Assembly (NCBI GenBank): GCA_937894955.1
Contig: CALAXO010000144.1
Location: forward strand, 1 to 39,077
Length of the DNA stretch: 39,077 nt
Direction: 5' to 3'
From: an uncultured Clostridia bacterium
Lineage (GTDB): Bacteria > Bacillota > Clostridia > Christensenellales > CAG-138
Positions 25,173 to 35,152 of this stretch are shown one piece after another; within the stretch, counting starts at the first letter, position 1, and every line of letters starts with the position of its first letter. The translations under genes were made by a program, and so were the position numbers. Under the pieces are notes generated by a model. That model saw only the letters and a list, made by a program, of their open reading frames with translations. It ran no database searches and had not been told where the DNA came from.

Positions 25173-26171
25173 ATGATTATTTCGGATATTCCATCGGAAG
25201 AAACCAAAATGCAGACAGAGGGCATTGAATCCTGCGGACTTTTTGCAAACGGCGGAAAATCATGCAGACTTTGCCCGCTTGAGTGCGGGATCAACCGTGC
25301 GGAACATGCGGGCGTATGCGGTGTGGGCGGATTTAAAGCGGAAAACCTCGAAAACAGGAACCCGTACGAAACTGCGCTCATTGCAAGAGCGGCGCGGCAT
25401 TACTGCGAGGAACCGCCGATTTCGGGCACGAAAGGCAGCGGAGCGATCTTCTTTTCGGGCTGCAATATGGGCTGCGTTTTTTGCCAGAATATGGACATCA
25501 GCCAATCTGCAAAGGGCGTTGTGAAGGACGCGGGGGAGCTTGCGGACATAATGCTGCGCCTGCAGGAACTCGGTTCGAACAATATCAATTTGGTCACTCC
25601 CGCACCGCATGTGCGCATGCTTGCAAAAGCCGTCCCGCTTGCACGGATGCGGGGATTGCGCATTCCGATAGTTTACAACACGAATGCTTACGAAAAGGTT
25701 GAAGCTCTGCGCCTTATGGAGGGGCTTGTTGACATCTATCTTCCGGATTTGAAATATGTAAGCTCCGCCGCTGCAAAAAAATACAGCCGAAGAGAGAACT
25801 ATTTTTCCGCTGCCGCTGCTGCCGTGCGGGAAATGCAGCGTCAGTGCGGGGTTTTGCAGATCGATAAGAACGGAATTGCAAAGCGCGGAATGATCGTTCG
25901 CCATCTTGTTCTGCCGGGTTCGGTGGATGAAGCGCGCGGAGTGTTGGATTTTATCAGGGAGAATCTGCCGCTCGAAACTCATATTTCACTGATGAGCCAG
26001 TATACGCCGATGTTTGAGCTTCAGCCCCCGCTCAACAGAAGGCTCCTGAAACGCGAATACAAAAGGGCCGTTGATTATGCGCTTTCCCTCGGATTCGAAA
26101 ACATTTACACTCAAAGCCTTTCATCCGCAAGCGCGGAATTCACTCCGGAGTTTAACGGGTTTTTCGAGTGA
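25173..26171 (+). CDS. Radical SAM protein, PflX-like (COG1313-type putative activating enzyme)
   Basis: ORF 25122-26171; the start is uncertain (ATG at 25173 or 25209). The sequence has the N-terminal Cys cluster CRLCPLECGINRAEHAGVCG, then HYCEEPPISGTKGSGAIFFSGCNMGCVFCQN with the CxxxCxxC radical SAM motif. Confidence 0.8.
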   Translation: MIISDIPSEETKMQTEGIESCGLFANGGKSCRLCPLECGINRAEHAGVCGVGGFKAENLENRNPYETALIARAARHYCEEPPISGTKGSGAIFFSGCNMGCVFCQNMDISQSAKGVVKDAGELADIMLRLQELGSNNINLVTPAPHVRMLAKAVPLARMRGLRIPIVYNTNAYEKVEALRLMEGLVDIYLPDLKYVSSAAAKKYSRRENYFSAAAAAVREMQRQCGVLQIDKNGIAKRGMIVRHLVLPGSVDEARGVLDFIRENLPLETHISLMSQYTPMFELQPPLNRRLLKREYKRAVDYALSLGFENIYTQSLSSASAEFTPEFNGFFE

Positions 26172-26307
26172 TATGCGGGCGGGAACGCATTGCGAATACA
26201 AAAAAGCGAATAATAACCGTCGGATACTGCCGTGAATGCGCATGACGCGCACTCACGGTTTTTGATTTCTGCGGAATGCAGGCGGCAAAAGGCGCATAAA
26301 CTGCGGC

Positions 26308-27357
26308 ATGAACGGATTTCAAAAAACAATTGCGGCCGTGCTGCTGGCGGCAGTGCTGCTGTTCATGATCTATCTGCCGAAATGTGCGGAAAAGATGCTT
26401 GAACGGGATCAATATCGCGAATGGCTCGAACCGGAGGAGGAGAATTTTTCGGGCGTTATAAACGTTTGGCATGTTGTCGGATTCAAACCGTATATGGGCA
26501 GCGTTGGAGCATGGCTCAAAAAAATTGCGGGCAGGGCGGAGCGGCGGCATTTCGGTGTTTATTTTGAAGTTGAATCGATTTCGGAAACGGAAGCGGAGGC
26601 GAGGCTTCAAAACGGAGAGTTTCCGGACGTGATAAGCTTTCCTGCCGGCTTTTTGAACGGAGAGGAGCTTCGGATCATGAACGGAACCGAGATTTTCGGC
26701 ATCGACGGCACGGCTGTGGATTTCGGCGACGGATACGGGGCCGGGGAGCTGCCGGCGGGCTTTGACTGCGGCACGGACGGGCGGACGCTGCGCGCACTTC
26801 CGTTTGCGGCGGGCTGCAAACTTGCGCTTTTTTATCCGGAAAGAGTTACGGCGGAGGAAATGTCCGAAATACTGAAACATATTACGGAGAACGGCGAAAG
26901 CAAAGCCGGTGCCGATTATTATTCAAACGACGGATTCGGGATCAAGGCAGGGAAGTTTGAACGGAGCAGCGTTGATGAATTTAAAAAAGGCAAGGGGGAT
27001 TTCTGCATAGGCGATGCGCGCGCGGCGGGAGATATGGAAAGACTTGCTGCCGCAAACAAGGCAAAGTATTTTGAGGTGATGCCCTTTTGCAATGAAACGG
27101 ACGAAGTGCAGTTTGTGGGCATTTCGGCCGAAACGGAGCGCGAAAAAATGGGATGCATTTCGGAGTTTATTGCAGATATGCTTTCCGCGGCGCGGCAGAG
27201 CGAACTTTGCGCATTGGGGCTTATGCCGATGAACCCTGCGGCGGAGAAAAAATTTGAGCAGTCGTTTTTGGCGGAAGCATACGGGCTTTTGAGCGAGAGC
27301 ATCCTTAACCTCCCGAATGCTTTTACCGGTACGGCGGCGCGGATGAACGTTTTTTGA
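26308..27357 (+). CDS. Hypothetical membrane-anchored extracytoplasmic protein
   Basis: A 349-aa ORF with the N-terminal anchor TIAAVLLAAVLLFMIYL. INVWHVVGF...GEFPDVISFPAGF is faintly reminiscent of solute-binding-protein folds. I did not recognise a family with confidence. Confidence 0.6.
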   Translation: MNGFQKTIAAVLLAAVLLFMIYLPKCAEKMLERDQYREWLEPEEENFSGVINVWHVVGFKPYMGSVGAWLKKIAGRAERRHFGVYFEVESISETEAEARLQNGEFPDVISFPAGFLNGEELRIMNGTEIFGIDGTAVDFGDGYGAGELPAGFDCGTDGRTLRALPFAAGCKLALFYPERVTAEEMSEILKHITENGESKAGADYYSNDGFGIKAGKFERSSVDEFKKGKGDFCIGDARAAGDMERLAAANKAKYFEVMPFCNETDEVQFVGISAETEREKMGCISEFIADMLSAARQSELCALGLMPMNPAAEKKFEQSFLAEAYGLLSESILNLPNAFTGTAARMNVF

Positions 27358-27532
27358 CAAACGCCCGCCCGTTTAAGACGCTTTCAAAAAAGATTAGAGC
27401 GAAAAACCTTTACAAACGCCTGTTTTTGCTGTAAAATACAATATGGGGATATGTGCGGCGACATGCATTCAGGAACGGGAAGCATTTGGACGCGGTACCC
27501 GAAACAGGAGGAGAGGAAACGGGACTTTTTAA

Positions 27533-28429
27533 ATGGAAAAAAACGATATGCTTGCATCGGCTCTCGGAAATCTGCCGTTCAGGCGGAATGTTCCGGCGCG
27601 GGAATTCACAACTTTCCGCATCGGAGGTCCCGTAACTTTTTTTGCGGAGCCAAAGGATGCGGACGAGCTTTGTGCAATGCTTTCTGCGGCGCGGAGCTGT
27701 GATTACCCTGTGTATATTATAGGCAACGGCAGCAATCTTCTCGTTTCCGACAGCGGCGTTGAGGCTTTGTTCATTCGAATCGGTGCGCGCATGGCGGGCG
27801 TCGGGTTTGACGGAACAAGGCTGAAATGCGGAGCGGGTGCACTGCTCTGCACGGCTGCAAAGGCGGCCGTATCCGAGGGACTTGCGGGGCTTGAATGGGC
27901 AGCGGGTATCCCGGGCACGGTCGGCGGTGCGGTTGCAATGAATGCAGGTGCATACGGCGGGGAGATAAAACAGGTGCTGAAAAGCGTTACCGTTGTTGAG
28001 TGCGGGCGCATTGCAAAAAAAATCGTTCATGCGGGCGATCTTGGGTACAGAAGCTCTGTTTATGCCTTTCCGAACGCCGTTGTTGCGGGAGCGGAGTTTG
28101 AACTTTCTGTTGATGCCGACGGGGAAGCGCGGCGCAGAATGGAAGAATTCAATATGCGCCGCAAAGAAAAGCAGCCGCTTGAGTATCCTTCCGCAGGCAG
28201 CACTTTTAAACGGCCCGAGGGGCATTTTGCGGGAGCGTTGATAGAACAGGCGGGGCTCAAAGGCACAAGAATAGGCGGGGCGGAAGTCAGCCCGAAACAT
28301 GCGGGCTTCATCATCAATTGCGGCGGAGCAACATGCGCAGATGTGCTCAGCCTGATTGACCTTGTGCGCGAGCGCGTATATAAAGAATTCGGTGTTCGGC
28401 TTGAGCCGGAGATTAAAATTATTAAATAA
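27533..28429 (+). CDS. murB: UDP-N-acetylenolpyruvoylglucosamine reductase
   Basis: A 298-aa ORF. FTTFRIGGPV, IIGNGSNLLV, GIPGTVGGAVAMNAGAYGGE and SAGSTFKRP are MurB signatures. Confidence 0.92.
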   Translation: MEKNDMLASALGNLPFRRNVPAREFTTFRIGGPVTFFAEPKDADELCAMLSAARSCDYPVYIIGNGSNLLVSDSGVEALFIRIGARMAGVGFDGTRLKCGAGALLCTAAKAAVSEGLAGLEWAAGIPGTVGGAVAMNAGAYGGEIKQVLKSVTVVECGRIAKKIVHAGDLGYRSSVYAFPNAVVAGAEFELSVDADGEARRRMEEFNMRRKEKQPLEYPSAGSTFKRPEGHFAGALIEQAGLKGTRIGGAEVSPKHAGFIINCGGATCADVLSLIDLVRERVYKEFGVRLEPEIKIIK

Positions 28430-28497
28430 AACCCGAATGCAGCAATACAAGCAAAAAACGGAAAACATGCAGCAAGATAAAAACTGAGGGAAACAGG

Positions 28498-29376
28498 ATG
28501 TACACTTTAATCGTCACAGGGCTGTCGGGTGCGGGAAAATCTCAAGTCCTCGGCATTCTTGAGGATATGGGCTTTGTTTGCGCGGACAATATGCCCTGTC
28601 AGCTTGCGAAACAATACATTGAGCTTTGCAGCAGCAGCGAAAACAACATCGAACGCGTCGCACTTGTTATCGACAGCCGCGAATCGGTGTTCGGCTACAA
28701 TCCGCTCAACACTTATGACGAACTGCGACAGCTTGAATGCCCGTACGAAATAATGTTCCTTGAATGTGAGGACAGCGTGCTTATGCGCCGCTACAGCGAA
28801 ACGCGCCGCCGACACCCGATGAATGACGATGTCGGCATCGGTATTCAAACCGAACGCGAAATTCTCACCCCGTTGAAGGAGAAGGCGAATTATATCGTTG
28901 ACACGACGAACATGCGGCTGAACGAGCTTCGAAAAACGGTTGAAGATATTTTAATGCGGGGAAAGAATATTCCGCTCAGACTGATAATTTCAAGTTTCGG
29001 CTTCAAACGCGGCATTCCGAAAAATGCGGATTTTATCTTCGATATGCGCTACACCGCAAACCCGTTCTACATTGAAGAGCTGCGCTGCAAATCCGGCAGG
29101 GACGAAGAGGTTCGCCGATTTGTTTTTTCCGATGCAAATGTCCGCAGGCAGCTGAACATGATAGAAAACATGCTGGATTTAGTAATTCCGGAGTTTATCA
29201 AACAGGGTAAGCGGCGGCTTATGGTTGCGTTCGGCTGCACGGGCGGCAGGCATCGTTCCGTTGCAATGGCGGAAGCACTTCACGACAGAATGAAAGATAA
29301 ATGTTCCGTTCTGCTTGAGCATCGGGATCTTGTTTCCGAAGCGGATGACATAAGAACGCGGTTCGAACCTAAATAA
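28498..29376 (+). CDS. rapZ: RNase adapter / nucleotide-binding protein RapZ (YvcJ family)
   Basis: A 292-aa ORF. The P-loop is TGLSGAGKS. The sequence also has FDMRYTANPFY and the C-terminal AFGCTGGRHRSVAMAE. Confidence 0.92.
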   Translation: MYTLIVTGLSGAGKSQVLGILEDMGFVCADNMPCQLAKQYIELCSSSENNIERVALVIDSRESVFGYNPLNTYDELRQLECPYEIMFLECEDSVLMRRYSETRRRHPMNDDVGIGIQTEREILTPLKEKANYIVDTTNMRLNELRKTVEDILMRGKNIPLRLIISSFGFKRGIPKNADFIFDMRYTANPFYIEELRCKSGRDEEVRRFVFSDANVRRQLNMIENMLDLVIPEFIKQGKRRLMVAFGCTGGRHRSVAMAEALHDRMKDKCSVLLEHRDLVSEADDIRTRFEPK

Positions 29377-29410
29377 ACAGCATTTAGATAAATAATGATT
29401 GAGATAAATA

Positions 29411-30508
29411 ATGCGGCGGCGGAAAAGCGCGGCGCAAAGAGCGGCACGAATGTGCGCATTTGAAATGACCGGAAAAAAACACAGCAGCAAAATCGACGGC
29501 AGCGGTTTTGAATTTGAGAGCGCAAAAAAAACGACGGAACAGAGCGAACGCGAATGCCCATCGTTCTCTGCCGGAGTGAAAAAAGAGATTTCGGAACAGA
29601 AAATAAAGCGTGAGGCCGATGCGCACGCGCTTTTAAGCGCATTCACTCTGAGCATCGGTGCGCTGAAACTGATGCCGGCGAAGCGGCGCCGGGGCGTGCA
29701 CTATGTGCTCGAAAGCGAAGCGGCACTGAGCCTTGTTTCCAAGTTGGCAGCACAGTATTTCGGGCTTGAAAGCCAATTGAACCGCGTTAAGCACGAGCGG
29801 TTGAATGCGGAATACTGCGAACTTTTGCTTTACGGGAACGGTATTGATGATTTTTTGACGGCAACCGGACTTGTGAGCTTTGATGCGGAGGGCGAAAAGA
29901 GTTATGAGCCGCATGTTCCGAAGAGTGTTACCGAAACAGAGATGCAGCGGCGCGCATTTATTCGCGGGCTGTTCCTTGCCTGCGGTTCGGTGTCGGAACC
30001 AAAAAAAGCATATCACTGTGAGCTTGTGTTCAAAAATGTCGAGCTTGCAATGTTTTCAAAACGGATGATTTCCGATTTCGGAATTCGTATCAAGTACACC
30101 GAGCGCAAGGGCAGCATTGTGCTGTACATCAAAGAATCGGAGACGCTGTCGGATTTTCTTGCACTTGCCGGGGCATCGGATGCAGTGATGGTGCTTAACG
30201 AACAGCGAATCGTGCGCCAACTCAACAACACCGTGAACAGGGGAGTGAACTGCATAAATGCAAATATCGAAAAGGCAACGCGCACGGCAATGAAGCAGGC
30301 GGAGGATATTCGCCTTGTTCTGAGCGTTGTCGGCGCGGAGAATCTTCCGCCGCCGCTGCGCATTGTTGCGGAAGCGAGGCTCAACAATTTTGAAATGTCG
30401 CTGTCCGAACTTGCGGAGGAAATAGGCATCGGCAGATCCGCCGCAAATTACCGCCTCAGAAAATTGTGCGAAATGGCGGAAGACATCCGCACGGAAATGC
30501 CGGACTGA
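29411..30508 (+). CDS. whiA: DNA-binding sporulation/cell-division regulator WhiA (start codon uncertain: 29411, 29450 or 29465)
   Basis: SFSAGVKKEI, the usual WhiA N terminus, appears only at residue ~51 of the ORF with no in-frame start directly before it. A LAGLIDADG-like core is present, and the C-terminal HTH is LSELAEEIGIGRSAANYRLRKL. Confidence 0.85.
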   Translation: MRRRKSAAQRAARMCAFEMTGKKHSSKIDGSGFEFESAKKTTEQSERECPSFSAGVKKEISEQKIKREADAHALLSAFTLSIGALKLMPAKRRRGVHYVLESEAALSLVSKLAAQYFGLESQLNRVKHERLNAEYCELLLYGNGIDDFLTATGLVSFDAEGEKSYEPHVPKSVTETEMQRRAFIRGLFLACGSVSEPKKAYHCELVFKNVELAMFSKRMISDFGIRIKYTERKGSIVLYIKESETLSDFLALAGASDAVMVLNEQRIVRQLNNTVNRGVNCINANIEKATRTAMKQAEDIRLVLSVVGAENLPPPLRIVAEARLNNFEMSLSELAEEIGIGRSAANYRLRKLCEMAEDIRTEMPD

Positions 30509-30585
30509 TTTGGCAGGGGCGGTTTTCGCATTTTCCGCAAACAGTGCGGCGCAGGGAAAAGGTTCATCGAGGCAAAGGAGGAAAA

Positions 30586-33500
30586 ATGGGTTTTACACAT
30601 CTTCATGTTCACACCGAATACAGCCTGCTGGACGGCGCAGCGCGGATACGGGAGCTTGTTTTGCGTGCGAAGGAATTGAGTATGGATTCGCTTGCGATAA
30701 CGGATCACGGCAATATGTACGGCGCGATAGCATTTTATAAAGAGTGCATGAAACAGGGGATAAAGCCCATTATCGGCATGGAAACCTATGTTGCGCCGAA
30801 TTCAATTTACGAAAAACAGAGCATGAGGGAAAACGGCCACCTTGTGCTTTTGTGCAAAAACGAAACGGGGTACAAAAACCTTATCAAACTGTCCTCAATT
30901 GCGTTTGTGGACGGTTTTTACTATCGGCCGCGCATTGACTATGATTTGCTGGAAAAGCATTGCGAGGGGCTTGTATGCCTTTCGGCATGTCTTGCGGGCG
31001 ATATTCCGCAGCTTCTGCTGATGAACAGATACGATGAAGCGCGCCGCCTTGCAAAACGCCTTCAGGGTATGTTCGGCGATGATTTTTACATTGAGCTGCA
31101 AAATCACGGAATTCCGGAACAGCTTATAGTTCTTCCGCGTTTGGATGCGCTTGCAAAGGAACTCGGCATAAAGACTGTTGCAACAAACGATATTCACTAT
31201 GTCCGAAAGGAGGATGCGGAGGCGCAGGATGTTCTGCTCTGCATTCAAACGGGGCATTTTGTGGACGAAACCAACCGAATGCGGATGCAGGCGGATGAAT
31301 TCTACCTCAAATCGGAAGAAGAAATGCTTCGCCGCATGAGCGGCTATGAGGAGGCGGTTCGAAACACTGCCGAGGCGGCACAAAAATGCAGCCTGACGAT
31401 CGAATTCGGCAAGCGGCACCTGCCGGGTTTCACCGCACCGGACGGCATGACGAACGAACAGTATCTGCGCCGGCTTTGCGCCGACGGGCTGCGCCGCCGC
31501 TACGGAGAGCCTGCAAAGGAACATCTTGAAAGGCTTGAATACGAACTGAGCGTTATAATCTCGATGGGGTTTGTAGATTATTACCTTATCGTGTGGGATT
31601 TTATTCACTTTGCAAAAACGCACGGCATACCCGTGGGACCCGGACGCGGCAGCGGCGCGGCAAGCATTGCAGCATATGCAATGGGCATCACGGACATAGA
31701 CCCGATTCGCTACAACCTGATTTTTGAACGATTCCTGAACCCCGAACGTGTAAGCATGCCGGATTTTGACGTGGACTTTTGCTACGAACGGCGTCAGGAA
31801 GTCATTGAATACGTAAAAAACAAATACGGCAGCGATCATGTTGCGCAGATAGTGACTTTCGGCACGATGGCGGCACGCGGTGCCGTTCGCGACGTCGGCA
31901 GGGTGCTTCGCATCCCCTACCAGGATGTGGACAGAATTGCAAAACTCATCCCGCAGGAAAAGGATATAACCCTTTCACGCGCAGCGGAGCTTGTTCCGGA
32001 GCTTAAGAACCTTTGCGAAACGGATGACAGCGTGAAGCGGCTCATGATGCTTGCAATGAAGGTGGAGGGACTGCCCAGAAACACTTCGACTCATGCGGCG
32101 GGTGTTGTTATTTCATCCCTTCCGACGATGGAGCTTGTTCCGCTTCAGCGCAATGATGAGGCTGTCACGACGCAGTTCACAATGACGGAGCTTGAAGAGC
32201 TCGGAATGCTGAAGATGGATTTTCTCGGGCTTCGGACGCTGACCGTGATTCGTTATTGCTGCGAATACATAAAGCAGTCCGGGGGAACGCCTCCGGACTT
32301 TGACAGCAGCAATTACGACGATAAATGCGTATATGACCTTATAAGTTCGGGTGACACCGTCGGAGTTTTTCAGCTTGAGTCGGGCGGGATGACGCATTTC
32401 ATGATGCAGATGAAGCCCACAAGCCTTGAGGACATTATCGCGGGCATTTCGCTCTATCGCCCGGGTCCGATGGATCAGATTCCGCGCTACATTGAGTGCA
32501 AACAGAATCCCGGAGCGGTGCAATACGAAACGGAGCTTTTGCGGCCGATTTTGAACGCAACCTACGGCTGCATGGTCTATCAGGAGCAGGTAATGCAGAT
32601 CGTCCGCGACCTTGCGGGGTATTCGCTCGGCAGGAGTGACCTCATCCGCCGCGCAATGAGCAAGAAAAAGCACGATGTTATGGCGCAGGAGCGCAAAAAC
32701 TTTATCTACGGCGTTGAGGAAGACGGCGTTGTGAAAATTGACGGTGCACTGCGGCGCGGCGTTTCGAAGGAAGCGGCGGAGAAGATTTTTGATGAAATGA
32801 TGGACTTTGCATCATATGCATTCAACAAGGCTCATGCGGCGTGCTATGCGGTGGTTGCTTATCGAACCGCGCTGCTCAAATGCCTGTATCCTGCGGAGTT
32901 CATGACAGCGCTCATCAACAGCTATCTTACTGCGGCGGACAGGGTCTCGTTCTATATTTACTATTGCCGCAAGCAGGGGATAAGGATTCTTCCGCCGGAT
33001 ATAAACCGAAGTGAGGCACGTTTTTCGGTTGAAAACGGTGCCGTAAGGTTCGGCCTTGCCGCGATACGAAACGTCGGAGAGGGAGCAATGAACGATGTGC
33101 TGGAGGAGCGGAGCCGCGGCGGAGCGTTCTCGGATTTTTCGAATTTTCTCCGAAGAACTTCCGACGTGCTGAACAAACGCCTGCTGGAAGGGCTTATAAA
33201 GGCGGGCTGTTTCGACTGTTTCGGTGTTTCAAGAAAATACCTGACGGCGCATTTTGAACAGGAGTTCACTGCGGCCGCCGCCGAACGGAAAAGACTGGAA
33301 ACAGGACAGCTTTCGCTTTTTGATTTCGGCGGGGAGGACGGCGGAAGCATGATAAACACGGTTTCCGAAGCTGATAAGGCCGATATGAAGACGGAGTTTG
33401 ATCTTGATATTCTGCTCCGTGCCGAAAAGGAGGTTCTCGGCGTATATGTCAGCGGGCATCCGCTCATGGAATATGAGGCTGCGCTTTCTGCATTAACACC

Positions 33501-34050
33501 CTGCATTGAACTTGCGGAGGCGGACGGGTCGGGTGCAATACATGATAACCAAACCGTGACGGCAGGAGGGATAATCGGTTCCCTGAGAACCCGTGCGGTC
33601 AAATCCGGCGCGGGACTGATGGCGTATGCGGTGTTGGAGGATATGAGCGGAAGCATTGAGATTGCGGCGTTTCCGAGCATTTACCAAAAGTATGCTTCTC
33701 TTATCGCAAACGATAAGTGCGTTGCCGTCCGCGGCAGGTTCTCCATGCGGGAGGACAGGGATAATTCAATATTGATTGACGAAATTGTTCCGCTGCAAAA
33801 GGGTTCAAAAAACGCGGGGGAAAAGCGGCTTGCGCTGAATTTTCCTGCCGATGCGCTGCACCTTCGGAATGCGGCTGTTGATCTGCTGCACAGATTTCCC
33901 GGAAATACGGAGGTTTTGTTCCGCGATGCGGCAGCGGGAAAGGTTTTGCTTGCGCCGCGCCACTGCTGCGTGAACTGTGCGGAGGAGCTGATGCTTGAAT
34001 TGAGGCGTATGCTTGGGGAAGAGAATGTAAAAATTGTACGCAAAAAATAA
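30586..34050 (+). CDS. dnaE: DNA polymerase III alpha subunit (DnaE type)
   Basis: The ATG at 30586 sits behind AAAGGAGG. MGFTHLHVHTEYSLLDGAARI is the PHP domain. PDFDVDF, GLLKMDFLGLRTL and an OB-fold C terminus are present. The protein is 1154 aa. Confidence 0.95.
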   Translation: MGFTHLHVHTEYSLLDGAARIRELVLRAKELSMDSLAITDHGNMYGAIAFYKECMKQGIKPIIGMETYVAPNSIYEKQSMRENGHLVLLCKNETGYKNLIKLSSIAFVDGFYYRPRIDYDLLEKHCEGLVCLSACLAGDIPQLLLMNRYDEARRLAKRLQGMFGDDFYIELQNHGIPEQLIVLPRLDALAKELGIKTVATNDIHYVRKEDAEAQDVLLCIQTGHFVDETNRMRMQADEFYLKSEEEMLRRMSGYEEAVRNTAEAAQKCSLTIEFGKRHLPGFTAPDGMTNEQYLRRLCADGLRRRYGEPAKEHLERLEYELSVIISMGFVDYYLIVWDFIHFAKTHGIPVGPGRGSGAASIAAYAMGITDIDPIRYNLIFERFLNPERVSMPDFDVDFCYERRQEVIEYVKNKYGSDHVAQIVTFGTMAARGAVRDVGRVLRIPYQDVDRIAKLIPQEKDITLSRAAELVPELKNLCETDDSVKRLMMLAMKVEGLPRNTSTHAAGVVISSLPTMELVPLQRNDEAVTTQFTMTELEELGMLKMDFLGLRTLTVIRYCCEYIKQSGGTPPDFDSSNYDDKCVYDLISSGDTVGVFQLESGGMTHFMMQMKPTSLEDIIAGISLYRPGPMDQIPRYIECKQNPGAVQYETELLRPILNATYGCMVYQEQVMQIVRDLAGYSLGRSDLIRRAMSKKKHDVMAQERKNFIYGVEEDGVVKIDGALRRGVSKEAAEKIFDEMMDFASYAFNKAHAACYAVVAYRTALLKCLYPAEFMTALINSYLTAADRVSFYIYYCRKQGIRILPPDINRSEARFSVENGAVRFGLAAIRNVGEGAMNDVLEERSRGGAFSDFSNFLRRTSDVLNKRLLEGLIKAGCFDCFGVSRKYLTAHFEQEFTAAAAERKRLETGQLSLFDFGGEDGGSMINTVSEADKADMKTEFDLDILLRAEKEVLGVYVSGHPLMEYEAALSALTPCIELAEADGSGAIHDNQTVTAGGIIGSLRTRAVKSGAGLMAYAVLEDMSGSIEIAAFPSIYQKYASLIANDKCVAVRGRFSMREDRDNSILIDEIVPLQKGSKNAGEKRLALNFPADALHLRNAAVDLLHRFPGNTEVLFRDAAAGKVLLAPRHCCVNCAEELMLELRRMLGEENVKIVRKK

Positions 34051-34084
34051 TATCGAGATATAATAAGTAATAAAGGAGCAAAAG

Positions 34085-35110
34085 ATGAAACGAATCGGAG
34101 TTTTAACGAGCGGAGGCGACACTCCGGGTATGAATGCGGCGATACGCGCCGTTTTCAAAACAGGGGTGGACATCGATTTGCAGGTAATGGGCATTTATCA
34201 CGGCTACAAAGGCCTTATTGAAGGCAGAGTCGGGTACCTTACACATGCCGATGTTGAAAGCAAAATGCACAAAGGCGGAACGATACTCCGCACGGCACGG
34301 AGCGAGGAGTTTAAAACGGAGTGCGGAATCGAAAAGGCGATTTCCGTTCTGCGTGCATACGAAATCGAAGGGCTTATCGTCATCGGCGGAGACGGCAGCT
34401 TTAAAGGTGCGGATGCTCTCGGCAAGCGCGGCATCCCCGTTGTCGGCATTCCGGGAACGATCGATAACGATATGGGATATACGGATTTTACTATTGGGTT
34501 CGATACAGCCGTGAACAATGTTATGAACGAGATATATAAAATTCGCGACACGATGCGCGCGCACGACAGGGTCGGCGTTATCGAGGTCATGGGAAGAAGA
34601 TGCGGAGATATTGCTCTTTGGGCGGGTGTTGCAGGCGCGGCCGACATAATTCTCGTTCCGGAACGCCCTCTTTCATGGGCGGATGCGGCGAACCGGCTTG
34701 CCGCAAACAAACTCCGCGGACAGCTCACAAGCATTGTTATGATCGCCGAAGGCGCGGGCAAAGCGGAGGATTTCTGTGAATATGTCAGAAAATATACCGA
34801 TGTTGAAATAAAGGCGACGGTGCTTGGCTATATCCAGCGCGGCGGCAACCCGTCCGCATTCGACAGAGTGCTTGCCGCTAAAATGGGGCAGCATGCGGTC
34901 GAACTGCTTGCGGACGAGGCGCATATGCGCGGAACGGACCGTGCGGGAAGCAGAGCGGCGGAAAATAACGATTCGCGAGAGACTTTCGGATATGCAGTCG
35001 GCATAAGGGAAAACCGCATTATCAGCGTTCCGCTTGCGGAAGCCGTTTCAACGCGGGATTGCTTTGATGATAAACTTTATGATCTGAATTCGGTTATGGC
35101 AAAATTCTGA
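34085..35110 (+). CDS. pfkA: ATP-dependent 6-phosphofructokinase
   Basis: MKRIGVLTSGGDTPGMNAAIRAV, GGDGSF, PGTIDND and MGRRCGD are present. At 341 aa it is about 20 aa longer than typical PfkA because of an extra segment near the C terminus. Confidence 0.93.
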   Translation: MKRIGVLTSGGDTPGMNAAIRAVFKTGVDIDLQVMGIYHGYKGLIEGRVGYLTHADVESKMHKGGTILRTARSEEFKTECGIEKAISVLRAYEIEGLIVIGGDGSFKGADALGKRGIPVVGIPGTIDNDMGYTDFTIGFDTAVNNVMNEIYKIRDTMRAHDRVGVIEVMGRRCGDIALWAGVAGAADIILVPERPLSWADAANRLAANKLRGQLTSIVMIAEGAGKAEDFCEYVRKYTDVEIKATVLGYIQRGGNPSAFDRVLAAKMGQHAVELLADEAHMRGTDRAGSRAAENNDSRETFGYAVGIRENRIISVPLAEAVSTRDCFDDKLYDLNSVMAKF

Positions 35111-35152
35111 GTGCGGCGCAGAGAACGGAAAAGGAAGCAAACAGAAAAATTC

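Noticed and set aside
26152-26880. A 242-codon minus-strand ORF overlapping the end of the radical SAM gene and the start of the 26308 gene
   Set aside because: Its composition is Arg/Lys/Phe-rich and it has no start context. It overlaps two better-supported plus-strand genes, so I treat it as an antisense shadow.
27410-28468. A 352-codon minus-strand ORF covering the whole of murB
   Set aside because: It is exactly antisense to a gene with unmistakable MurB motifs. Its translation is rich in R/C/F/K with no recognisable domain and no RBS. This is a typical shadow ORF in a genome whose codon usage disfavours antisense stops.
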